From contig OY253671.1 in assembly GCA_958009085.1 (NCBI GenBank), positions 434,001 to 498,000 of the forward strand: a stretch of DNA of 64,000 nucleotides. The letters are read 5' to 3'. The notes under the pieces were generated by a model. That model saw only the letters and a program-made list of their open reading frames with translations. It made no database searches and had not been told where the DNA came from. Source of the stretch: Protoeuglena noctilucae. Lineage: Eukaryota. Each line of letters begins with the position of its first letter. Position 1 is the stretch's first letter. A program made the position numbers and the translations under genes. Of this stretch, positions 8,707 to 21,853 are shown piece after piece.

Positions 8707-11700
8707 TCACGCGCCGAGGAATCCGAGCCGCGCAGTGCGAAGGGAGCTGCCCAGGGACGGCCCTAGCGACGCAGCGGCCGCCTCCTGCGCCTGCTGCAGC
8801 ACCCGCAGTGCCTCCTCAAAGGGCAGCGATGGCTGCGAGAGCACCGCCGAGTCGGGCGTGTAGGGCCGACTGGGACCCGTCGTCTCCTCGCCGCCCTTGT
8901 GCCTCGCCGGCGCGGCAGGTCCCACGGCCCCCACGGCGCCGTCCTCGCCTCCCTTGCCGCCCTCCCCCGACCCGGGACCCTCGGAAGGCCGCGGCGTCAG
9001 CGCCACCGGGCCCCGGCCGTCCTCCGCACGGAACAGGATGGTCCGCGACCGCGCGCGCAGCTGCCGCACCACGTGCATGTGGGAGCGGACCTCCACATGA
9101 TGCCGCGCCTGCGCCTCGTCCGCCGCATAGCCATCCGGGAAGAAGTGGGCGCAGTCCCTGTTCCCCGGCGCACCCCACGTCGCGCGCCCCATCGAGACCA
9201 CCAGCTCGGCGGCCGCCTGCTCAGCAGAGCTCCGCAGACGACCCGGCGACGACCTCCCGGGGGACGACCGCACCTGCGCCCGCGCGCTGCTCTCCAGCGG
9301 ACCCGCGTGCGCGGTCTTCGCGAGCCTTGCCCCGGCATGCGCCCCGCCCGCTCCTCTCCCCGTCAGAGCCGGGAGGCGCCCGCTGGTCGGAGCCCCCGAC
9401 GGCTGCGCCACCGCCACGGCGTCCGCCCCGGTCGCGGCGGGCACCCCTGCGCAGCACTCGAGACATGAGACTGTCTGCGGTCGTTCTGCCGCATGTGAGC
9501 GAGGCATGGGCTGGATAGGCCGGCGTGCGCTTCTCACCTCTCTTGCCTCTCAGGGCCGGCAGGGCCGTTGCCCACGGCTTGCTGCGGCCCTGCCTCCGCT
9601 GCTGCCGGCTCTTGGACCTCTCCGACTCGCCCATCTCCGCCATGCGCGCCCGCCACACCGGGTGATGCAGCTGATACCCCGGCGGGAGGTTTGAGGTGCT
9701 CGACAGCTCCCACAGAGCGCAGTGCTCCTCGCCCTGCGGTGACAGGAGCATATGCGCGTCAGCGACACGCGATGGAAAGACTCCTTTGCGATCCCGTTGC
9801 TCGCCATCACCCACCCGAGCCAACAGGCTCTCCAGCTCCTCCCGCAAGACGTCGACCGTCGCGCCCTCCCTCGCGCGGCTCCTCTCCGACCGCTCCACGC
9901 CCAGGTCTCCCCCGCTGTGCTCCGCAGGGGCCTCGGGCACCGACGGCAGAGAAGGCCGCACTCCCTCGTGGCCAGCATCATCTGCGGAGGTCCGACCGCT
10001 CGCCAGCCGCCCGCTGCTTGGCCGGCCCCCGCTGCCCCCGCCACCGCTGCTCGGGCGCCCTCGACCGCTCCACCGCTCGTGGGGCCCCTGCGCCCCCACG
10101 CCGAGCGCCCCGCTGCCGCGCCAGCTCGCCCGAGGGCGCAGGCCACCGTCGCCGGCGCTCTCGGGGCGCGAGAGGCGCTCCGCCAGCTCTGGGGATATCA
10201 CCAGGCCGTTGGACGTGAGCTCGCGTTTGGGCGGCTTGCGCGTGCGCACCAGCCCAGCCCCGACGTCCGCGCCGGGCGAGCGGGGCTGCCGGAAAGCCCT
10301 CGGGTGCTCGCTCTCCGACAGACTCCCCTCCTCGGAATCCAACTGCGGCGGGAGAAAGGCAAGGCAGGAGGGGTTAGGAAAGCAAAGACTTCCGAGACGC
10401 GGCAGTGGCGCGCGCTTGCAAGCGGTGCCCACCTCGGTGCGCGTCTGCAGGGCCGGCTCCCAGAAGGAGCGGTCGACGAGTGCTGCGTCGGGGCCCTGGC
10501 TGATGCGAAGGGGGGACTCCCGGGACACGGTCTGGCGCGCGCCGGTCGGCGTCGTGAGCGGGGCTTCTGGGGCGCTCGATCGGAGCGGGTGGAGTTTGAG
10601 CTGCGAGGCGGCGCGGCCCATGCCCAGGGGGCTGAGCCGGGGCGGCAGGGCGCCTGGGCGGACGTCCATCTCGGGCAGGCGATTCGACAAAGAGCTGCCG
10701 GCCAGAGACGCGTGCGGGGTGAGCATTCCCTGGGGCGCCTGCTGGGCTGCCAGGCGAAGGGACGAGTTGCGCTGGAGGGTCCTCCGCTCAGCCCCGGTGG
10801 ACGTTCGGGGTCGGCCGGTCGACGAGGGCTCTGTTGAGAAGGCCTGAGAGAACCCGAAGATCCTGCGCCCAGGGCGAAACGGGGTTGTCTCATGGCGTGA
10901 CGACTGCCGCAACCGCAGCCAGCTGGCAGAGGCGGTCGCTGCACGAAATGGCATCCCACAACAAACCTCACCTCTCCGTAAGCTTCGTTTGAAAGTCCTC
11001 GCGCCACTGCTCGGTGTTCGGCCCAGCGAGGGCGCCGAGGGAGAAGGATTTCTTGCGGCTGATGGTGCGCGGCGGGCGCAGATACGTGGACTGCCCCCTC
11101 GTGCGCCACGCAGACGCCACGCTGGCGTCGGTCATGGTCAAGGACGGCTCCCCCGGCCCGAGCGAGAGACCTAAGGCGTCTCTCCCCGACGTGCCGGCCC
11201 CGATGACGTCGCCCACCGTCGCCTCTGCCTCTGGCGCGTCTGCATGGAAGGATGCGGCAGTGTCGCGGACTCATCGCTGCACACGCGTGTCTCGGCATAG
11301 CCCAGTCTGCCTCCTCACCAGGGACGCGCAGCTGTGCCCCGCCCTTTGCAGCCACCGCCTCGCTGTGCCTCGTGTCCGGCACCCGCCCTCCCGCCTCGCC
11401 CTCGCGTCCTTCCCCGGACGCCTCGGTCGCCGACCGCGCCGGAGTGGACGTCCCCGCGTAGCTGGCCAGTTCCTCCACCGCTGACCGCACTGCCGACTCC
11501 TCGGCCTCAGAGTCCTCCGCGAGGTCCACGAGGGCCTCGACGAGCGCATCCACGGCGGATGCGACCGAGGGCGCCGTCACGTCGGTCGAGTCCGAGTAAG
11601 TCGACGGCCGCAGCGAGTCGAGGGGCGACACGCTGCCGGGGCCAAGCGGCCCGGCGTCCAGGCCACGACGGAACATGCTCTTGCGGACGAGCTTGATGAG

Positions 11701-12521
11701 CTGGTCCTCCTTGGGCTGCAGCTTGCTCTGCGGGCCGCGGAGAGGGGTCGCCTTGGGCGCACCGGCGCGGCACTGGGTGCTGCATGCCTGATGGATGCAG
11801 GACGACGCGAGTGGGCACGCACCAGCACTTGCTCCGTCTTCGTCCGCGCACGCTGCAGGCGCGTAGACCCCGGACTCCCGACGCTGCTTCCGGGGGAGTT
11901 GTAGTTGTGGAGACCGGCGGCCGTGCCGCTCGTTGACGAGAGCGCGCGGTGGAGGGACGAGTCGAGGTGGAGGAGCGTGATGGGGCCGGGGGTGCCGGGG
12001 GGCGCGGGCGCGGCTGAGGGCGGCGACGTGGCGTCCAGCTGGCCCGAACCAGCTTCCTTCTGCTGACGAACAAGTTCGCGGAGCTCCGCGGCACGTGTCC
12101 TCGCCTCCTGGGGCGCCTTCACCAACTGTTGGGCGGGCGCCCCGCTTCCGAAGACAGTGAAACTCCCTGCTCCCGGCGTCAGCACGCCACTGTTCAGGCG
12201 TTTCGCCAGCTCGCGTTTCCTCGGCGCCACGGACCTCTGCGATGGGGCGCAACTGCAGTCGTGGGCGCGCGAGCCCCGCGCAGCTTGCCGACAATGTCAA
12301 CGATTGGCTGTTCTCCGACAGGTTTCGGAAGACAGAGCGCGGCACGGCGAAGCGCTGGGCCTCACAACCACGCCTCACCTGCTTCTCCGCTCGGCACGGC
12401 CCGCAGACGAAGCGATGCCACCTGTCCTTGTGCGCTGCACATGTTGCATGATATAACGAGTAGCATTTGGTACAATGGATGAGCTTCTCGCGCTGCGGGT
12501 GCGAGGCGCGACGGTTGCCAT
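8707..12521 (-). CDS. Hypothetical low-complexity Ser/Pro/Gly-rich multi-exon protein
   Basis: Successive minus-strand open frames with coding-like sequence separated by GT-AG introns (e.g. EDFQTKLTER|gtgagg, QTRTE|gtgggc). No recognisable domain; start uncertain. Confidence 0.5.
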
Positions 12522-13027
12522 GTCACATCGGTCAGCGCAGCTGATTGAGGCCCTGTGCCGCCAGGGAGCACGCCAGGGAGCAGAACCAGCATCATTAAGC
12601 GCCCGAGCGTGACACGGGGGGGCACCGTCGCCTGGAGCCCGCAGGTTCCTGTGCCAAGTGGCACGTGCTCGCCTTAGCGCCCTGCCCGCAGGTCTGGCAC
12701 ACCGCATTCGACACGTCGAGGTCGTCGGAGTCGGACGATGCGGCGAGTTCTCCCAGCCGCGCCATGGCCGCCTCAGACCGGAGCCGCAGGGCCCATGCAG
12801 AAGGGCAGGGCCTGGAGCAGATGCCCCCCGCAGCCGGAAGCGTTGCCCGGCGGCTTCAGCGCGTAATGACAACGTCGGGAACAGTGTCGAGAAGGCGCAT
12901 ATCAAATCTCGGCTATTCATTAGGGTAGGGCACTATCAGGAACCCTAATCTATCGGCAAGCCCAAGGTTTAGCCGCGATAAGGACGACTCAGGAACCGGG
13001 CAATGGAGAGCATCGGGTTGTAAGATC

Positions 13028-15590
13028 CTAAAGGAGGCCTTGGGCGGCCTGGAGCAGGAACCACGGCAGCATCACGGCCGCCGCGCCACAGACCATAGCA
13101 GTCTGCGTGGCGGCACGCATGGAAGGCAGGGTGCGGGCCCTGATGTCCGGCAGCAGCCGCCAGTACGTGCCCCCGAGCATGGCGCCCCCGCAGGTGCACA
13201 TGGCGACGGCGCACACGAGGTGCCGCACTGCGAGCGCGGGGCGTGGAGCGGGCTCATATAACCACTGCCCCCCGTCCAGCCGCCCCTGCGCGCCGAGCGC
13301 TCAGTCACCACCACCAGTGCCGCCCTCGGCTCACCTCCCGGCTGCCACGAGACGAACACGGCCGCCGCGGACCCGAGCACTGACGAGAGGCACGACACGG
13401 TGGCCGTGGCAGCAGCCGTGCTCAGCAAGCCACCCCTGGTCAGGGATAGGGACCACAAGAAAGCCGTGACAGCTGCCGGGGCGACGCCGAGGATAGCGGC
13501 CCACCAGACGCCCGCGTGCAGCCCCGCAGACACAGCGGCAGCTCCCAGCGTCAGCATGCCGCCGTGTGCCACACTCCCGGCCGCCACCACCGCCAGCGGC
13601 GCAACCTCGTGGAGCGCAAACCCTCGGCGCGACTTGAATGCCGCGTCTCCGCGGTGCGGGCTGACCGGCTGAGCCGTCCCCTGCGGTGGCGGACACGTTG
13701 AGGTCCTTTGCCTGCAAGCCCTGTACGCTCATCTCTGCCAAAGGGGTAGGAGAGGGTACGCAGCCAGCGCTCACCTCGCCGCCGCTGCCACTCTCCACGT
13801 CCATCTCCGCGCGGCGACTCGATCCAGCCCGCCGCACGTCCCGAGGAAAGTCCCCCAGGCGCCCGCCGGAGTCAGGGTCCGCCCCGCGCCTCGCGAGGAA
13901 ACCTCCATGCAGCTCAGCAAGCCCAAGCACCGCGACGTCCCCCGCGTCCTCCTTTCCGTGCCCCTCGCCGACGGCCCGGTCCGTCGCGGCACCGTTCAGC
14001 ACGCCGATGCGCGGCCCAAAGCGGCCCGGGGCAAACAGGGGCGCTCCGAGAGCCAGTCCCGCGACAACGCCCAGGCCGCACGCGACGAAGCGGGCCGAGG
14101 ACGTCCCGCTGCTCGTGAGCGCGTCGAGGAAGGTCACGGCGCCCAGTGCGAGTGCCGCCCCGCATCCGGCCACCCGAACGACGTGCAGGGTGCGGCTGCC
14201 GAGGTGCGGTGGGTGCTGCGGCCCCTGCGCGGCCTGCAGGGCGCCAACGGCCAGCGCAGCGGCCACGGCCACGAGGGCTGCGGAGAAGAGGGCGCTCCGG
14301 ATGGCTGGGCGGGCAGCCGCCATGGCGAGCCCCTGAGTCGAGATGCCGGCCAGTCGCGAGTGAGTCTCTGCGGGGGCGGGAGGGGCTGAGTGGCAACTTG
14401 CCCCCACACGCGCATTGCCAGAGGAGCCGGACAAGCACACGGTCACGAAAAGAGCCAGAACATGACACAGGCCATCGCCACGTCCACGGACCTGTCATGG
14501 ACTCGAGCAGCATCCGCGTGGCCTCGAGCCACAACGCAGAGAGCGTGCAGCTGGTGGCGATGGCCGTGCTGGGGGCGTCCGCCAGGGCGTCTGGGAGTAG
14601 CTCGGCGAATACCATCCACACCATGCACCCCGCAGCAAAGCCCAGAGCCACGGGCAGGACGCCCGTGAAGGCGGAGACGAAGAGGTAGCTCGGCAGGGCC
14701 ACGAGGGCCTGAGGCAGGTTGGACAGCAGCGTCCATCCGAGGGAGGCCCAGGGGTCCACTCCGCGCGTCACGAGCGTCGTTGCCACCGCCAGGCCCTGCA
14801 GGGACGCACGGGTGCGGCGGTGCCGAGCGGTGCGTGACAGGCACGTTTCGCAGGATGTAGATATTGACATGTCTCGAAGTGCTTGCGTCACGTGCATCAC
14901 CTCGGGCACGTTGTGGACGCCCATGGCGATCGTGATGAGCAGGCCCTGCCTCCACCCGTGGCGCCCGCAGAAGGAGACGCCAACCCCGCATCCCTCGCCG
15001 AAGGCGTGGGCGACCATGATGCCCATGATCATCAGCGAGCGCCGGGCGTCCGCGCCCTTGAGGTGGGCGAAGGACACGTCCTCATGGCTGTCGAGCCACC
15101 GGTGCATGGCCTGGATGAAGATGGTGCCCAGCCCGAGGCCAAGGAGGACGCCGGGACCTGAGTAGGGCTGCCCCTCGTGCACGAGGTCGAAGCTGGCGGC
15201 CAGCATGACCCCGCAGGCGATGGCCTTCACCAGGCCCGCGGTGCGCTTGGACAAGTGGCGCATGAAGAAGAATGGCAGCGCGCCAAACCCGGTGCAGAGA
15301 GCCGTGACGCATGAGAGGAAGAGAACGGTGTACCAGGGGATGTCCCGGCCGAGGCGCGCGTGGCGGTGGCTGGGAGCGCGGGGCGAACGAGATGCATCGC
15401 AGCCGTCTTGCAAAGGGCTGCGAGCGCTCATGGGCGTCCGCAGTCACCTGCCATTGTCTGGAGCTGTATGGGATGCGGTGTCGGGGTTGGATGGGGTGGG
15501 AGATGCCGCAGCGGCCGCAGCAAGCAGTGTTACGAGCAGGATGCAGCGTAGCAGCCCGTCCCGGGCCTTCCTGGCCACCGCGAGCTTCAT
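13028..15590 (-). CDS. ZIP-family metal (zinc) transporter
   Basis: ALCTGFGALPFFF, ACGVMLAASFDLVHEG, HAFGEGCGVGVSF, GVHNVPE|GLAVA, GFAAGCMVWMVFAELLPDAL; signal-peptide-like N-terminus and further hydrophobic C-terminal segments. Confidence 0.85.
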
Positions 15591-16152
15591 GAGCTCCAAA
15601 GCAACAACACGCCTCTTTGGCCGACGGCCAAGCCCCGCATCGCTCGAACTGAGAGCGCACAAGGCCGCGACTAGGCACGTGCCAAGAACTGCGATCGAAA
15701 TGGGAGCTACTCGCGCACTCCCCGCATCCCCTGCACACTTGCGTAGCCTTCTGTCTAAACGCAGCCGCAGGAGGCATGCAGAGGCGTTGTCTGCGGTGAG
15801 ACAGCTGCCAGACTTTCGCGCAACCACACTGCACCGGCATGCGGCGCACTGAGCCGGCTTCGCGTCTATCGATGACAGCTGCGTCAGCGGCGGCAAGCGA
15901 AACCCCTCATCCTTCAAATGTCTGCCCAGTGGATAGCCCCGCTTCCAAGCTGGCCAGGCCAAAGTCCCTCTCCTGGCACAGACGACCCCACGCCGCCTAC
16001 AAGTCCAGGAATAGGGACCGCGTCTGCCGCGAGACGTGCCCGACGGCGCATGCCCAACGCCTCCATCAATGGCGCACCAGCGCCGGCGCCCTTCCCCAAC
16101 CCGCTGTCCGACAGGTCGCGGCGCACCACGCCCCCCAGGGAGTGGCAGTGGC

Positions 16153-16897
16153 TTACTCGGCCTCCTCCGTCCGCAGGCGGGCCTTGGCGTTGGTCACGTG
16201 GATCCCCAGCACGCGGGCCTTCTCCACGATGGCCTTGCGCTTCGCGCTCCCGACCGACTGGGCGATCGTCACGCAGTACTTGCGGTTCTGCAGGCGCGGG
16301 TAGCGCTTTTGAGCAGCCGTGGGCGGCCCGCCGCCTCCCCGCGCCCCCGCAGCCCGCCCCAGCGAGACGCCCACTGTGGGCGCCCCGGAGGGCGTCCCGG
16401 CGCCTGCGGCGGACTCGCCTGCATGATGTACATCTCCAGCTCCTTGGCGTTGTTGATGACGGCGTTGTAGAGGCCGTTGGGGAGCATGTGCCGGGTCTCC
16501 TTGTTGGACCCGTAGCCGATCTTGGGCATCGCGGCCCTGCCCCGGTAGCGACGGCGGACGGCGCCATCGATACCCTTGGGCTTCCTCCACGACTCCTGCA
16601 GGCGCGGGCGGCTCCAGGCGGCTCGGCCATGCTGCCAGTCCCCGCCCCCACCCCCCCGCGACCTCCCGCCGCAGCCGACGCCCCCGCGCGCTCAGGAGCG
16701 CTTCGCAAATGACATCCAGGCGCTCCGCCGTTACGCGTACCGCTCCCCCGCTCCCCCCGCAGGGCTCAGTCCCGTCGGGCCCGCCCCCTCACCGGGATGG
16801 AGGGCTTGAGGTCGAACTGGGGCTTCCTAAACTTGTTCGTCCGCTTCTTGACGATCTTCCGCCGGATGAGCGGGTTGGCGGGGACGACGGACACCAT
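16153..16897 (-). CDS. RPL32: 60S ribosomal protein L32 (eL32)
   Basis: KIVKKRTNKF...|ESWRKPKGIDGAVRRRYRG...MPKIGYGSNKETRHMLPNG...|NRKYC...VTNAKARLRTEE; two introns, the second GC-AG (16418-16288). Confidence 0.95.
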
Positions 16898-17347
16898 GGC
16901 TCCTCCCCGGTGCCCTGCGGTGACCGAGCGGGGAGGCGCGAGGCTGAGTATATCATTCGCGACCTGACAGCGCCACTCGCGCGCGCGCTGGAGCCGGGGT
17001 GCTCCTGCCCGGGCAGCGACCAGCGGGGGACGCGCGAGCGAGGGCGAGCAGCGGCCCACCTGCGCGAGTCCAAGCCCCAAGTAAAAGGGAGAGCGGGGAG
17101 GTCGCCCGGGGCACTTCCCATCCCCCACCTGGTGTTTCTGGCGCGAGGATGCCAGAAAACCGGTGCTGCGAGCTTGACATGCCGAGGCCGCGGCTCGCGA
17201 TGGCATGTTCGCGTGCAGTGTTGCCTCAGTGCCCCGAGGACGCTGTCGGGACGTCGCGGCTCCTCGTGCACGCCAAGACCTCCTCGTGACGCGACCAGCG
17301 AGGACCGCGTTCCTCGGTGGGGCCTCGGCCGCTTCTCCGCGGCAACC

Positions 17348-19991
17348 ATGGCGGATCCCAAGACTTTCGGCCTCCGCTGCGAGCTCATCGGCCACGAGGA
17401 GGACGTGAGGGGCGCTTGAAAAGTGCCCTACGCGCTTTGCTCCGCTGCGCCCGGTCTGTTGGACGAGAGGGCGAGATCTCGCTGTCGCGACAGCGAGCTT
17501 TATTATTTGCTTGTCCCGCTCACCCAGGTCCGCGCCGTGAGCCACTGCGAGCTCGGCATCCTCACGGCATCGCGGGACAAGGTGCGTGAGGGCGCGTCCC
17601 AGGCGTCCCGAGGCGTGAACTTTGTTGCGCTCGAAACAAATAGATTCCCGTGTCGTGCAGACGGTCAAAATCTGGCACGAGGACCACAGCTCGCGGGGAT
17701 GCGGGAACTACGTCGCTTACAAGACCTTGGTGGGACACACCAGCTACGTCACCGCCCTGGCTTACCTCTCGCCGGGCCAGTCGCCGTCCCTACCACGCGG
17801 CGCCGTCGTGACGGGCGCGCGGGACCCGGCCGTCGGCGTGTGGGACACGGGTGCGTTGCTGCGATCCCCAGCTGCGCCATACCCCGGGTGTCCTGTGGAG
17901 TTCTCTCGGCCATAAACCGCCTCGCGTTTGCCCCGCTTGCAGACAAGTGCGAGCCGGTGTACATGATGTCGGGCCACGAGTACCAGGTCACGTGCGTGGG
18001 GGTCCTGGAAGGCGGCGTGGTCGTTTCTGGGGCTCTGGACAAGACGCTGCGGGTCTGGCGCGGCGGGGAGTGCGTGCGGACGTTGGAGGGACACGAGGGG
18101 CCCGTGCTGTGCCTGTGCGTGCTGCCCTCGGGGGAGGTGCTTTCTGGCTCGGGGGACACCACAGCGCGGTTGTGGGACGCGAGCACGGGGGAGTGCATGG
18201 GAGTGTTCCGGGGGCACTCGGACTCTGTCCGCGCGCTCTGCGTGCTGCCGGGCGTGGGCGTGGTGTCCGGCTCGCATGACACGACCTGCATGGTGTGGTC
18301 CAACCAGGGGGACGTCCTGGCCACGCTCGTCGGGCACACGGCGCTCGTGTACGGGGTGGCGGCCACCGCTGACGCCTCCCGCATCGCCAGCGCGTCCGAG
18401 GACAAGACGGTGCGGGTATGGCGCCCGGACGGGGCCTGCCTGCAGACCGTCGTGCACCCCGCATGCGTCTGGGGCGTGTGCTTCCTCCCGGACGGCGACA
18501 TGGCCACCGCCTGCGCCGACTCGAACGCGTACGTGTGGACCGCTGACCCCGACCGGTGAGGGCGCTCAGTGGGGCTGGCGAGCGGAGTTGGGCACGACAC
18601 GACACATGGCAGCATTCGAAGCCGCCTCTCCTAAGTTTCCTGGTCGCAGAGAGGCTGGGCAGGAGCTGTCGACCGCGTTCGCTGCGCGCGTGGCGGCGGC
18701 GGAGAGCAGCGGCCAGGGCGAGGGCGGTGCGTCGTCGCTGCCGCCGGGCATCAAGGTCGAGGAGGAGTCGGCCCTGGCCAGGCCGGGCACGAGGAACGGG
18801 GAGAACCGGTTTGTGCGCCAGGACGGCACGGTGATGGCGTACGCGTGGGACCAGGCCCAGTCGACGTGGGAGTGCATCGGCGAGGTCATGGCGGGCCCGC
18901 GCGGACAGGCCGGCGCGGCCCGGCAGCCCAAGGAGCACAACGGCCGTACGTGGGACTACGTGTTCGACATCGACGTCAAGGACGGCGCCCCGCCCCTGAA
19001 GCTCCCTTACAACGTTGGGGAGGACCCCTACGAGGCCGCCGACCGCTTCATGGAGGAGAACCAGCTGCCGCTGACATACCGGTCGCAGATCGCGGACTTC
19101 ATCCTGCGCAATGCCGCGCCGGCTAGCGCGGGGCCTGTCACGGGGGGCGGCGCCGACCCTTACACGGGGTCGCGCGCCACAGCGCCGGCAAGCAACGCCA
19201 CTCCCGCGTCGTCGTCCCCGCCCATCCCGTTCCGGGACGTGACGCGCTTTGAGCAGGCGATTAACGTCCCCGTGGCCATGAGGAAGATGGCGGAGTTTGC
19301 GGGGACAGAGAGTGACGCGGCGGCGGCGCTGCCTGCCCTGGAGCGGGTGGCGGCAGGGGACGAGGCGCTGGCGGCGGGCGGTGCCGCGGCCGGCCTGCTG
19401 GCGACGGCGCTGTCGCAGTGGCCGACCACGCGGCTCTTCCCGGCCCTCGACGTCCTCCGGGTGGGCGCGCTGAAGAGCGCGTTGCCTGCCGATCTCCTGG
19501 ACGCGCTGCGAGCGGCCGTGGACCGCGTGGGGTCGTGCCGGGACGACGGCGTGACGCCCAGCGCCATGCTGGCGGCGAGGGTGCTGTGCAATGTGTGCGT
19601 GCACGACGCGGGCCGCGCGTGGGTCCGGGAGCGGGCAGGGTGGGTCATGGACGCGCTGGGCCGCTTCTGCAGTGCGACGCACAAGGGTCTGCGATCCAGC
19701 ATGTCGGCCCTCGTGCTCAACCTGGCGGTGGTCGGGGCCGAGGGCGATGCGGCGGCGCAGGTGCTGTCGGGTCTGGCGGAGCTGCTGGCCCCTCCTGCCG
19801 CGAGCGCCGAGGAGCACCGGCCCGGCACGATCGTGGCGCTGGTCGCGCTTGGCACGCTGTGCGCCAACCCGCCTGCACGGCAGATGGCAAGGGACCTGGG
19901 GCTCTCCGACTCCTGCGATGCGCTCAAGCGGGTGGGCGACAAAGAGATCGAGGCGATGGCCAAGCGGGTGGGCGACGTGCTGTCTGCGTAA
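17348..19991 (+). CDS. PLAA: Phospholipase A2-activating protein / Doa1 (WD40-PFU-PUL)
   Basis: Multiple GH...WD repeats; PFU motif WDYVFDIDVKDGAPPLKLPYNVGEDPYEAADRF; PUL motif WPTTRLFPALDVLR. Confidence 0.92.
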
Positions 19992-20264
19992 ATTCCGCCG
20001 CGCTGGGCATCTTGTGTTCACCGCTGTCAGAGCTGGCACTGACTGGGTTGGGTTTTCCGAATTCCTGCGTATTTGAATCTAAAGGCTGGCACCCAACGGT
20101 GGAAAACGAAGCAAAGAAACGGACCTGCGAACCAGGATTTGCTTTTCCCTCGTATCGCCTGGTATTGGCTTCGGTAGGGGTGACAGCGGTACACAGGGGT
20201 CACCGTCCTCCGCGATGCGTCGCTAGGGCCCGCCAGCTGCGAGTCCATCGACTCGCGCGTTGGA

Positions 20265-21603
20265 ATGGCAGCGGGTTCGTTGCGTCCGGCGGCCTGGGCG
20301 TACGTCGGCGCGACCCGGGCACGCCGGCGGCGGGCCCCACTTCGCTGCGCCGGTGCGGCAGCGAGACGGTTTGAGAGCGTCCCGCTCGCACAGCGCGCGG
20401 TACAGGGTCTATTGGAGATGTCACAGATTCCCACGTGGGGCTACCTCCAGCAGCCGCGGAGCTTCCTGCACTACACCGACGCCCGCATCAAGCAGCTGTG
20501 GCTGTGCGCGCTCCTCGTCACGGCTGCCCGTGGGTCCGTCCCCGCGAAAACCCTCTCAAGTGTGTTTGTCGTCCTCCTCAGCGTCGCCGCCCTGCCGCAG
20601 GTCAGGCGCGCCACACGGCCGGGTGCCTCTGCTCGCCCAGTGCATGCGCCTTATTTGATCCACATCAGTTTCGTTTGCGCCTCGCAGAGCCTGTGGCGCG
20701 CACAGCTGAGCAAAATCCTGTTCCTTGGTTCCCTGCTCATGCTCGGCCTGGTCTTTGGGTCCGACCTGCCGCCCGTCACGGAACACAGAGGCCTCCCAGC
20801 TTCCGTGGAGGGGCTGCCTGCGGTCAGGTGACAACTGACCGTATCGCATCGCATCCCAATGCGCTGCTGGACGGCTCTGCGCCACGCAGGCTCCCTCCTG
20901 TTCCCCGCCTGGCGTCGGGCACCCAGGGACGCCCAGCCTCAGATCACACCTCATATATCTGTGTGCAGTGACCTCGTCGGCAGTGGCTACTCGTACGTGG
21001 TCGCGCGCATTGGGCCCATGGTGGCGACGCGCCGCTCCCTGAACCTCGGGGTCGCGTCTTTGGCCATGACGCTCATCTCCCTGCAGGGCACGTCCCTGTG
21101 TCTCGTGACCACCACAGCGGAGGAGATCGGAGCCGCCATGCGATGGGCCCTCTCTCCGCTGCGCCTCGTCGGGTGCGCGCTGCGCTGCGCTGGCCGGCTG
21201 CTGCAACGCCACAGCGACCGCATCTGACACCGCATCTCTCTGCCCTGTTCCCAGGATCAACCCGCAGCCGGCCATCTTTACCCTCATGCTCTCCCTTCGC
21301 TTCATCGGCATCGTTTTCGAGGAAATGCGCAACCTCCTCCTCGGCCTCGCGGCAAGGGGCGTCCCTTGGAAGGAGCTGCGACTGGCGGGGACCGTGCAAG
21401 TCCTGGCCACCCTCGTTGCCCGCATATTTGGGAACCTCCTCGCGCACACCTCCAACATCACGCTTGCGCTCACCGCCCGCGGGGTCACCAACCCCGCCGA
21501 GCATGAGCTTTTCCTGGAAAGGCCTTTCCCGAGCCACCCAGTTGCCAACACCACTGCAGTGGCCGCACTGGGAGCGTTCCTCTGGGCAGCTAGCCGGCTC
21601 TGA
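20265..21603 (+). CDS. ECF transporter transmembrane (CbiQ/EcfT) component, ABCI12-like
   Basis: SFLHYTDARIKQLWL, SLCLVTTTAEEIGAAMRWALSPL, LSLRFIGIVFEEMRNLLLGLAARG, ALTARG. Confidence 0.82.
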
Positions 21604-21853
21604 AGTAGGCCAATCTCTGCTAAACGCTCGCTTGGTTCAACGTCTGGCCGTCTTTGCCTGACCAAGCGCTGGTTCGGCATTCAACCGCCCGGTAGCCACC
21701 CTCGCCGCTCGTCTGGCGGCATCTCCCGCGACGCGGCAGGGCAGCACCCCATCGCTCCCCAACTCAACTCAGCTATCTCCCCGACTGCGTTCCCAAGCCT
21801 CTCCCCGGTTCGACTCTCCCCTGACCCTCTCCCTCCCAGACTCGATTCTCTCG

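Noticed and set aside
12920..12948. TTAGGGTAGGG and AACCCTAA telomere or telo-box-like words
   Set aside because: Too short and imperfect to call an interstitial telomere or promoter element.
17988..20039. 683-aa antisense ORF (and similar long frames such as 10198-12378, 32541-34181, 53505-55028)
   Set aside because: Shadow or off-frame ORFs of GC-rich genes; Arg/Pro/Ala-rich with no domain signal.
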